A stretch of DNA of 64,000 bases from Deltaproteobacteria bacterium. GTDB lineage: Bacteria > Bdellovibrionota_C > UBA2361 > SZUA-149 > JADZAE01. The notes beneath the pieces were generated by a model. That model saw nothing but the letters and a program-made list of their open reading frames with translations. It had not been told where the DNA came from and did no database searches. Position 1 is the first letter of the stretch. Each line of letters begins with the position of its first letter. The translations under genes were made by a program, and so were the position numbers. Shown here piece after piece: positions 47,256 to 55,342 of the stretch. Where the stretch lies: NCBI GenBank assembly GCA_020852715.1, contig JADZAE010000034.1:57786-121785 (forward strand), in the 5' to 3' direction.

Positions 47256-50200
47256 TTCTCCTCTCCCGAACCATTTCCCCAGTGAAAATCATTAGAGCTA
47301 GCAGGAGCAGGTTGAAGATGAGCAGGCTGTTCATCATTTAAATTATCAATTACATACGGCATCGTGCGATCAGCAATCTTTTTAGTATCCGGATAGGTAA
47401 CACCAAGTTCATGATATTGACCCTGATAACCCAGAGCGTCTAGTGTTGCGGCTCCATAGCCATAAGGGAAATGTAAGATATTTAACGACTCATTTTCGAT
47501 GGCTGCTCTTCTTTGTTCTTCTGTTACAGGCATTAACCAGTCCATGGCATTACCGGTAAAATTCAAATATTGTTCGCCAATCGCTTGATCATCAGCTTCG
47601 CCCCAATAACCCATACCTGTGGTAGCGGCGAAACCGCCACCTTGACCAAAAAACCCGCTTCCTGGTTTAAATCCGGCGATAAATTTTGGGTTAAAAACAC
47701 TACTAAAAGCATTACCTACAACAGCATTCACTACATCAAACTTCGCCTTAAATAAATTTTTTGAGGTTTCGACTGTTGCTCCATACGCATGGTCTATAAC
47801 CTGCATTTCAAAACCACTTTCTGAATCACCTAAGGCGTTCGATCGGGATTCCATTGCAATACCTCTATCGCTAAAGCGGCCATAATCGGGATTCCAGACT
47901 CTATTGTATCCTATTCCTGCTGTAATTTCAGCGTCACGCACTTTTGTATAATTACTAAAAGCTTCTTTAGCTATGCCGGTGACAGAGGATTTGATCTGTG
48001 GAAGTGATATAGGCGCAGCATTGACACCGCCGGTTTTAACGATATCGCTGGCATTATTAGTAACAACTGTGGCGGCTCCTAACATGCCGGCATTGGCCCA
48101 TCCGGTAAGGTTATTGAGATAAGTTCTACCATATTCACCTGTAGTCATAGGAGCATAAGCTAACGCACCCATCGCCTGGTTCGCACCGGCCTGAGTATTA
48201 GCAAAATCTGTAGCATACCCACTCCCACGAATAGAACCTGAAGCGGAGGCAGATGAGGCCATCTGATCAGAAAATATCGCCAAAGCGCTACGTTTCCCTT
48301 TAAGAATAAGTAAACCCGTAATTGCCGGGATAGCAAAAATCCCCATTGAGATCATCATGTAATAACTATGTAAGTTATAGGTGGGATCTACACGCATTGC
48401 TTCTTGAAGAATGGTTTCAAACTCCATCGACTGAAAGCTCATATCTTTAATCCGAACCCCAATATCGGTCTTAGGGAAAATATTCCAAATAATTCTATCC
48501 GTGACCATAATAATGGCCATACCGATGTCCCAACTTTTCACCCATAGCCAGGTTAAGAAATATGTAAGCATTGATTGAGCACGATTAGGAACCAAGACGA
48601 TCAACGCTACAAAAGGATAGGCGGCTGCGAGCAAATAAAGAATCAGTCCCTGCCAATATGGAAGCTGCAGAGCATAAGCATAAATACTTTGTCTTAGGGT
48701 CCTGGTATGATAGCGCTGCTGTTCCACATAAGCCATATCCAATGGCCCACCAATCTTACCTATTGTTGTATAAACCGAAGTTCTAGTCTGATTTGTCTTC
48801 TTATGTTTAAATACCCCTAAGCCCATGGTATCCTGCGATACATTGCCGGAAGTATAAACGAACAAGGCATCAAAAAATTTTCTTGTTTCTACATTAGTAG
48901 AATCTTGAACGAATTCCCAATTCTGTGAATCTTCTAAGGCCGCAATTTTCTTCCCGGGGATATCACCGAGAAAATTCATTTGGTTTTTCTTGATATTAAT
49001 TGCGTGTGAGCGTTCAGATCCAGCGATTCCATTTCGCAACATGTAAATCAGAGACACTCGCACTAAGTCACAATCCCCGACTAATGACTCAGCGGCTACA
49101 TTTCCTGTGTAGTTTTCTTTCTGCAGCACTTCCAAAACAGACCAACACAATTCGTTTTGTAACCGTTCTCTGTCTTCTTCTGCTACTTCTCCCTTCGGGA
49201 CATGCTTTTCCTTGAGCTCGTTACTTAACCAGTCGGCTTCTTTAACCATGGCGTGCTTAAGTATTTCCCACATTGCGCCACAGGGGATAGCAGTTGATTT
49301 CCAGTTGTTTCCCTGAGCATAACTTATTAAATCTTGCACCCCCGGATATTGCTTATACTTCTCAATATAATCATCTAAACGGCCGGCTAAGCCATTCTCT
49401 ATACTCTGACCCAGATTTGCTTTTACGTAATTTGCAGTATCCGCAGTGGGCGTCATGTATTTTTTAAACCTAGCTGTTTCTAGATCTTGTTCGCTGATAA
49501 TTTTTGCCGCATCGAGATAGTTAGTGTAATCACTTAATCCCTCAGCATTCGAACCGTCTTCCTGAATATGCTCTTTAAACTTGTCTATTCGGGTTTGACT
49601 TAGTTTTTTGGAATCAAATACCGTTGCTCCGGTTAAAGACGAGCAGCGGTCAAATAAATCTGACGTTAACATTTTAGTAACTTCGGGCAGATTAGGATTA
49701 GCGTTTAATACTCCTTCCAGCATTTTAGCTTTATTTAAAGACATCAACGCTTTGTCATCTTTATGGGAAATAATAAGGCTAACAAACTGTGCTACCAGTT
49801 GGTCGATCAGCTTGATCATTTGCGCAAAAACGCTAGACACCCTAATGTTGTCGCTGTCGGATATTGATCCCTCGCCTTTACGCACCGCATTGAGATTTTT
49901 GTTAGAATCCTTGTAAGTCACAACATTGACGGCTAAGGCGGCCGGGTCTGTATTTTCTTTCTCATAGACTTTAGTTAAAGAGCGCGGATAGCCCGTTGCA
50001 CCGAGGCGCCAAATTGAACCGCTTAAATCTTCACGTGGAGTAATCAATAGATAATAAATAAAAGGCATGATGAATAAATAGCGGAAAAGCTTAAAGCTAC
50101 CAAAAACTACCATTGAAATCATGGCACCCAGTGCAGCAAATAAGAAGAGTAAGGCGCCTGTCGAATTAAAAAAGTTCTCGAAGGCGTCCAAAAACTGCGC

Positions 50201-50275
50201 CTGAGTGATGTAACCGGCAGTCTCTAATGCTGCCGTCACAAATGATGCTGCTGAAGTTACATCAGCCATGATCAA
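47252..50275 (-). CDS. TraG N-terminal-domain (VirB6-like) family polytopic membrane protein, paralog 1 of 5 (the largest)
   Basis: 1007 aa. Motifs LFDRCSSLTGAT, TAIPCGAMWEI, QLPYWQGLILYLLAAAYPFVALIVLVPNRAQSMLTYFLTWLWVKSWDIGMAIIMV, RVDPTYNLHSYYMMISMGIFAIPAITGLLIL. It has a unique C-terminal soluble region of about 330 aa. Confidence 0.6.
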   Translation of the reverse strand: MIMADVTSAASFVTAALETAGYITQAQFLDAFENFFNSTGALLFLFAALGAMISMVVFGSFKLFRYLFIMPFIYYLLITPREDLSGSIWRLGATGYPRSLTKVYEKENTDPAALAVNVVTYKDSNKNLNAVRKGEGSISDSDNIRVSSVFAQMIKLIDQLVAQFVSLIISHKDDKALMSLNKAKMLEGVLNANPNLPEVTKMLTSDLFDRCSSLTGATVFDSKKLSQTRIDKFKEHIQEDGSNAEGLSDYTNYLDAAKIISEQDLETARFKKYMTPTADTANYVKANLGQSIENGLAGRLDDYIEKYKQYPGVQDLISYAQGNNWKSTAIPCGAMWEILKHAMVKEADWLSNELKEKHVPKGEVAEEDRERLQNELCWSVLEVLQKENYTGNVAAESLVGDCDLVRVSLIYMLRNGIAGSERSHAINIKKNQMNFLGDIPGKKIAALEDSQNWEFVQDSTNVETRKFFDALFVYTSGNVSQDTMGLGVFKHKKTNQTRTSVYTTIGKIGGPLDMAYVEQQRYHTRTLRQSIYAYALQLPYWQGLILYLLAAAYPFVALIVLVPNRAQSMLTYFLTWLWVKSWDIGMAIIMVTDRIIWNIFPKTDIGVRIKDMSFQSMEFETILQEAMRVDPTYNLHSYYMMISMGIFAIPAITGLLILKGKRSALAIFSDQMASSASASGSIRGSGYATDFANTQAGANQAMGALAYAPMTTGEYGRTYLNNLTGWANAGMLGAATVVTNNASDIVKTGGVNAAPISLPQIKSSVTGIAKEAFSNYTKVRDAEITAGIGYNRVWNPDYGRFSDRGIAMESRSNALGDSESGFEMQVIDHAYGATVETSKNLFKAKFDVVNAVVGNAFSSVFNPKFIAGFKPGSGFFGQGGGFAATTGMGYWGEADDQAIGEQYLNFTGNAMDWLMPVTEEQRRAAIENESLNILHFPYGYGAATLDALGYQGQYHELGVTYPDTKKIADRTMPYVIDNLNDEQPAHLQPAPASSNDFHWGNGSGEEK

Positions 50276-50287
50276 CCTTCATCGAGC

Positions 50288-52135
50288 TCAGTTATTATTC
50301 ATTGGATTCATACCTTCCGCCACACCGCCTAAAGTGCTTTGCGCCTGTTCACGACCATTCTGCGCAGTGAAAGCATTATTAGCATTTTGACTTTCCATCA
50401 CACGAGCATCTCTGGTTGCCGCCAACTGCAGTTGCTCTTCCACTAAATACTGCGCAGCAATTTCAGCATCAGCCTGCCGAAACTTGCGTTCAAAGCGAGC
50501 AATCATGTTGCGCATTTCCGCTTTCTGCTGCTCATCCATTACTCGATTCAGCATCAAATGATCCTCAATAATGGCTTTTGTGTTTTCATGTATTTTCTTT
50601 AACGCAGCAACTGCCGAAGCATCGCAAAAAGAGTTGACAAATTTAAGCATCTGACCGGTTGGTTTCCAATTCTGCGGAACAGGAGGCTTGACTGGCGAAA
50701 ACACAAACCAAGACTCAATATCAGCGGCCTTCAATATTTTACCCAATGAAGCATCCGGCCATAACTCTCTTAACTTCGCCATCTTGTCCTCAGTAGGGGG
50801 CCAATTTTTCAGTATGTCGATAACTGCCGGACAGATTCCGCCCCACCTAATTCGTCCATTTTCATCTCCCGGAGCGAAATTCTCTCCTCCGCCAGTTGGA
50901 GCATTTTTGCCGTCACGTAAAATAGCAATATACTGACTCACGGAAAGCAATGGCGGTATATACTTAAACTGCAAAGGCACAGGGCTTTGTTCGTCCGCTT
51001 GACCAGGCTCTCCATTTCCACTCGAACTCTCAATTATAAAAGCAATATCTCCGTATAATTCCTTCGCAACAAGTGCAGCATCTGGCACCAGTAATTCTTC
51101 TCCATTTGCTGCTTGGCCATTTATAGAATTAGCTTCTGGCTTGCTTGTTCCCATAAAAATGCGATCGACTAGGCTCCAGACGCCCTCTTTATTGACATCA
51201 AGAACACCGGTGTTCACCGACGTTAAAGTTTCTGCACAACATACACAAAATTCATATAATCCCTTAGTGCCCTTTTGATCATTATTTCCCGAAGCGGTTG
51301 GAAAGGTGCCGCATTTTTTCTTACAAATTGGATTAGTTTGCATTTCCTCTGCTTTAACCCGCTTCTTAAAATTTTCAAGTTCCTTAGACTGAGGTCCATA
51401 CGCTGCTTGACTCAGCATGCACGCTTCTACTTTTTCATCAACATCAGAAAAAAGTTGTTTTCTCTGCGGGTCAGTTAATTCTTTCGTTGCCCAATTTATC
51501 TGCTTTAGTAAGTGGATGCTGGTATTGTCATCGGCCTGCTGCTGTGTGGTCGCTAGAGCAGCCGCTACAGTTTTATCTGCAAAACTAAGAGTCAAAATGG
51601 TTGTGCCTCTTAGTGTTGTATATAGCTGGCGAAAATCCTGATCGCTGGTTACATTTTCGGTAAAATCTTTACGCATAGATCTAACTGACTGAAATACCGG
51701 CATTTGAGCCTTGCGCACTTCATCATCGACGCCTAGAGTTAGTGCTCCAAGACTAGTTGGCGATTTCTCCCAATTTGTTTCCTGCCCACCACTTCTTAAC
51801 TCCGGATATTGGTTATTAGCAGCAACATTACTTTTTTTAAGCAGCAAAGTAGATCCTAAATAACCATCATAAGCTGAGGCCCAACCATCAAAGGTCAGGA
51901 TGGGGTCATTTACCTCCTTACCTTCTATTTTAATATCATCAGTAACAAAATCGTAATGAGTACTAAATGGGTCGGCGCCTTCAGTAGTCTTCGTTACTTT
52001 AGTAAATTGGCCCGTTCTCATCTTATCTTCAATATTCGGTCGAGCTTCAGTTGTTTGTGAAAATGTGTCGCTAGTTAAAAAACTTGATCCGATGATGATT
52101 AGAAGGATTACTAAAGTTTTATTTATAGTTTTCAT
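50288..52135 (-). CDS. secreted Cys-rich protein with a C-terminal coiled coil. It occupies the TraH position (between the TraF-like and TraG-like genes), but homology to TraH is not established.
   Basis: Signal peptide MKTINKTLVILLIIIGSSFLTSDTFSQ. Cys cluster NPICKKKCGTFPT...YEFCVCCAETL. The C-terminus is a Q/E/R-rich coiled coil (QKAEMRNMIARFERKFRQADAEIAAQYLVEEQLQLAATRD). It is separated from its neighbours by 12-21 nt. Confidence 0.4.
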   Translation of the reverse strand: MKTINKTLVILLIIIGSSFLTSDTFSQTTEARPNIEDKMRTGQFTKVTKTTEGADPFSTHYDFVTDDIKIEGKEVNDPILTFDGWASAYDGYLGSTLLLKKSNVAANNQYPELRSGGQETNWEKSPTSLGALTLGVDDEVRKAQMPVFQSVRSMRKDFTENVTSDQDFRQLYTTLRGTTILTLSFADKTVAAALATTQQQADDNTSIHLLKQINWATKELTDPQRKQLFSDVDEKVEACMLSQAAYGPQSKELENFKKRVKAEEMQTNPICKKKCGTFPTASGNNDQKGTKGLYEFCVCCAETLTSVNTGVLDVNKEGVWSLVDRIFMGTSKPEANSINGQAANGEELLVPDAALVAKELYGDIAFIIESSSGNGEPGQADEQSPVPLQFKYIPPLLSVSQYIAILRDGKNAPTGGGENFAPGDENGRIRWGGICPAVIDILKNWPPTEDKMAKLRELWPDASLGKILKAADIESWFVFSPVKPPVPQNWKPTGQMLKFVNSFCDASAVAALKKIHENTKAIIEDHLMLNRVMDEQQKAEMRNMIARFERKFRQADAEIAAQYLVEEQLQLAATRDARVMESQNANNAFTAQNGREQAQSTLGGVAEGMNPMNNN

Positions 52136-52156
52136 ATACTACTCCCTAAGGTTAAC

Positions 52157-53371
52157 CTAAAACTTTTCACTTAGCTTGTTCTCCGCAGAAGTTCGAGAAA
52201 CAACTCCGCTTACTGTTTTCAAACCACTTGTTTTGTTTTTGGAATCACTGATAATAAGCCGACCGGCAGCTAGCTTCTCTTGCTCTATTTTTCCAATCGG
52301 GGTTTCCATTAACTTGGCTATCTCCGGCGTAATTTGCGCTGGCAATCCCTGAACGGTGCGAGCAAATTCATAAAGACGAGCAAATTCTTGTTTGCCGGAT
52401 TTAATGTAGGCGGTTTTACTATTCGGGGCGACGATAACAACTGCAGGCACTAAACCAATATTAAATGATTTGGCAACTTGTGAACCTTCAAAAATGGGCA
52501 GAGTCATTCCAGTATAGTCACGATAAGACTGCACATGTGTTTTAGAAACGGGAACAAGCGACATTGCCGCCATTCTTAAATTTTTATCACCTTTGGTAAC
52601 TTGCCATAAGCGCTCAATATCGGCCGCCATCTCGCGACAGTATGTGCAAGATAAAGTAAAAAAGTAATAGATCTCTGCTTGGTTTTTCGTATCCGGAGTA
52701 ATGCGCTTCATCGCTTCTTCGTGCGTCGGCTTTAGAATAGACATATTGTCTTCACGACCTTCAGCAAACGCCATATCGGCATATTGTCCGACACCAACAA
52801 AATCATCTTCTTTTATTGCCCCCTTATTAATTAAAGCTTTGCCAATGAGATTGGTAATCTGCTTAACTTCAAACATTAGATTCATCATGTAATCAACAAA
52901 CGCTCCGGCATACTGTTCGGCGCCTCGCATGTCGCCCATGCGGTAGGAAATCATCATCTCTTTAAATTCATCGGGGGCATCAGCAGATATTCGGCCTAGG
53001 GCTTTATTTCGATTTTGTTGTTGCTTGGCTTGCTCCAAACGCTGAGAGTTTTCTTCTTGTCGTTTCCTTTCTTCTAGCGCATCGGCTTTCATTTGTTCTG
53101 CTTGATCAAGCGGGACCAGCATACCGTCAAAGACATTATCGTTGGTCAGCTTCTTTTTGAAAAAATCTGTCATGAAAGTATTTTTCGGTTTATAACCGGG
53201 AACACTTTGCGCATGACTCGAAGGCGCACCAAAGACGACAAGGCTTAGGCTAAACGCAAAGAGCATCAACAATGAACGCGCTGACTTTATATTCAGTATC
53301 GCCGGCATGAACTTATCCTTCGTATATATAGTCTCTGCTGCCACCACTTTCTTTGCCTTATCCTTCCGCAT
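52157..53371 (-). CDS. TraF-like periplasmic thioredoxin-fold protein with an intact CxxC motif (TraF/TrbB class of F-type T4SS)
   Basis: The probable start is the ATG at 53308 (MPAILNIKSARSLLMLFAFSLSLVVFGAPSSHAQ, with an aagga RBS 9 nt upstream). The layout is a coiled-coil Q-rich linker (QRLEQAKQQQNRNKALG) followed by a thioredoxin-like core, IYYFFTLSCTYCREMAADIERL ... GLVPAVVIVAPNSKTAYIKSGKQEFARLYEF. This parallels F TraF from memory (GIMFFYRG...YFPAMMLVDPKQGSVRPLSYGFISQDDL). Confidence 0.55.
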   Translation of the reverse strand: MRKDKAKKVVAAETIYTKDKFMPAILNIKSARSLLMLFAFSLSLVVFGAPSSHAQSVPGYKPKNTFMTDFFKKKLTNDNVFDGMLVPLDQAEQMKADALEERKRQEENSQRLEQAKQQQNRNKALGRISADAPDEFKEMMISYRMGDMRGAEQYAGAFVDYMMNLMFEVKQITNLIGKALINKGAIKEDDFVGVGQYADMAFAEGREDNMSILKPTHEEAMKRITPDTKNQAEIYYFFTLSCTYCREMAADIERLWQVTKGDKNLRMAAMSLVPVSKTHVQSYRDYTGMTLPIFEGSQVAKSFNIGLVPAVVIVAPNSKTAYIKSGKQEFARLYEFARTVQGLPAQITPEIAKLMETPIGKIEQEKLAAGRLIISDSKNKTSGLKTVSGVVSRTSAENKLSEKF

Positions 53372-53584
53372 TATTATTATGAGCCGCTCTAGCCTTCTGG
53401 TTTCTTTTAAGGAGCTAAAGTTATTAAATAAATTCGTCTTCAGATTTTCTTTGCGATTTAATATTTTTTGCTTTCGGCAAAAAATGAGCGCAAGAAATCT
53501 GCAGACTTAACACCACGTCTATCAATCAATCGGGCAATTTTGTAGGCTGCTTCAGAAAGCAAAGCAGTTTTATTTAGATAAGAT

Positions 53585-53608
53585 AACCTCTTGAGAATAC
53601 AAGAGGTT
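53585..53608. terminator. 9-bp stem-loop in the gap between the PhoH-like gene and the Tra-like operon
   Basis: aacctcttg-agaata-caagaggtt with T/A runs on both sides. It is a candidate terminator for the PIN-PhoH transcription unit, or it may be part of the leader of the downstream operon. Confidence 0.35.
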
Positions 53609-53859
53609 TTAAATCACGAATTGATTGTTTGTATCCTTTCACGATTTTTACTGAGATTCTATCCAAAAACCCCAAGAGGGGGCAAGTTTTGCGAAGCAAA
53701 ACTATGGGGGGATAAAGACTAAGCCTTCACAAGATTAGTCGTTTCTGATGAGGAAACGTTAATAAAATTAAAAATATCCATTTTTATAATACCCCCAAAT
53801 TTTTAATAAAACTTATCCCGTGAAGGCTTACGATTGTTTTTCGGCTAAATTACGAGATA

Positions 53860-55329
53860 TCAGAGCAGGCGGGTCGCCGCGTCGGCTAAATCCGAACGAA
53901 CAATCGTTGTAAGATTAACATGCACAGCTTGGGGCCAGGCCCTAAAAGCATTAATTGCATGCACAAGACCATTATTACGAGAGCTAAGAAATTGATTATC
54001 TATCTGACTGCGATCGCCAATAACTACAACTACGCTGCCCTCACCCAAACGAGTAAGTAGCACTTTTAGTGGCCCACGCTCCAAATTTTGCGCTTCTTCA
54101 AGAATGACAAAGCTTCTTCTAAATGTTCTCCCGCGAACATAAGTTAAGGGCACTATTTCTAATCTATTTTCCATCTCCAACCAAGACTTGGCATCAAACG
54201 GTCTTGGCGAACGATGCACGCCTTTTTTTCCGGGCCCGCGGCCTTCATCTGGAGAAGGCATACTGACAATCGCCCGCAAATTATCTTCAACCAAACCCGA
54301 CCAAGGCTGAACCTTTTCCTCTAATGTCCCAGGCAAAAATCCAATCCCACGACCAACTTCCACCATCGGGCGTGTGATCACAATGCGATCAAAGTGACCG
54401 CGCTCCAGCCTTTCCCAAGCAGCCGCCAAAGTCAGAAATGACTTACCACTACCAGCCGGACCGGAAACAGTAATTAGTCTAATACCATCCGAGGCCATGG
54501 GATCAGATTCTCCGCAACCCATCAAAGCCCAAAGTAGCAATTTCTGTCGGACATTTTTACCCATAACCTCACCGGCCACTTTAAGATAGTCGACGCTGGC
54601 GCGATCAATGACTTCTACGCTATTTTCATTAGCGGCATCACGAGGAATGCCATAACAATAATGGACTTCCGGGTTGTCCCTATCCACAAAATGAAAAAAT
54701 TCATTAATCATACACGGCTCAGGCGAATTATAGTAGCCTTGAGCAATAATCTCGTCTATCTCCTCACTCGGTAGCTCAACATAATTATACCCAGGCTCAT
54801 TATCTAACTCCGGCGTGCAAACGCTTTTTAATTCTTCGGCATGAATTCCATACATACTTTTGGCAAGTACTCGCAAAATACTATCTTGGGATATCAACAC
54901 TACTTCTTTACCATGATTGCCTGATTTATTTTTGAGGCCCTTACCGTTTCTTTTGAAATCATCTACCTCAATGGCCGTAGCTAAGATCTCATGATCTTCG
55001 ATCTCCGGCGAAAGACCCAAGACGGACATTTTTTCAACAGAAGGGCGTGGGGCAATTTGCAGAATACCTCCCTTTTCAGTCTCGACGCCATCTTGTAAGC
55101 TTCCCATATTGGAATACTGTTCTATCTGGCGCGCAGCTTCAAGTGCTGTCTTGGAGCGATCTCCGGCACTATGTCTTAGACTGCGTAGTTCATCAAGCAC
55201 CACGCGCGGAATAATTATTTCATTATCAGCTAACACGCCGGCAAAATGCGGGCCATCACGAAAAGTCGTAATGTCTTGCACTAAACTCATAATGGCTGAT
55301 GTATCAAGAACAAATGTTTTTTTGAACAT
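53860..55329 (-). CDS. PIN-domain PhoH-like ATPase (YlaK/PhoH2 type)
   Basis: N-terminal PIN (FVLDTSAIMSL ... ISQDSILR). C-terminal PhoH ATPase with Walker A GPAGSGKSF, Walker B FVILEEAQN, and GDRSQID. Confidence 0.85.
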   Translation of the reverse strand: MFKKTFVLDTSAIMSLVQDITTFRDGPHFAGVLADNEIIIPRVVLDELRSLRHSAGDRSKTALEAARQIEQYSNMGSLQDGVETEKGGILQIAPRPSVEKMSVLGLSPEIEDHEILATAIEVDDFKRNGKGLKNKSGNHGKEVVLISQDSILRVLAKSMYGIHAEELKSVCTPELDNEPGYNYVELPSEEIDEIIAQGYYNSPEPCMINEFFHFVDRDNPEVHYCYGIPRDAANENSVEVIDRASVDYLKVAGEVMGKNVRQKLLLWALMGCGESDPMASDGIRLITVSGPAGSGKSFLTLAAAWERLERGHFDRIVITRPMVEVGRGIGFLPGTLEEKVQPWSGLVEDNLRAIVSMPSPDEGRGPGKKGVHRSPRPFDAKSWLEMENRLEIVPLTYVRGRTFRRSFVILEEAQNLERGPLKVLLTRLGEGSVVVVIGDRSQIDNQFLSSRNNGLVHAINAFRAWPQAVHVNLTTIVRSDLADAATRLL

Positions 55330-55342
55330 TATCTTCCCTGTC

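Noticed and set aside
37741-53371. Interpreting the cluster as part of a conventional conjugative plasmid or ICE
   Set aside because: No relaxase, coupling protein, VirB4/TraC ATPase, pilin, integrase or partition genes occur within 64 kb. The composition resembles the flanks, and the flanks are housekeeping and flagellar genes. This could still be overturned by sequence outside the window.
53741-53757. gtttCTGATGAGgaaac contains the hammerhead-ribozyme core string CUGAUGA followed by GAAAC
   Set aside because: There is no room for stem II between CUGAUGA and GAAA, and no recognisable stems I/III or cleavage-site context. It is just a 5-bp hairpin whose loop happens to read tgatgag.
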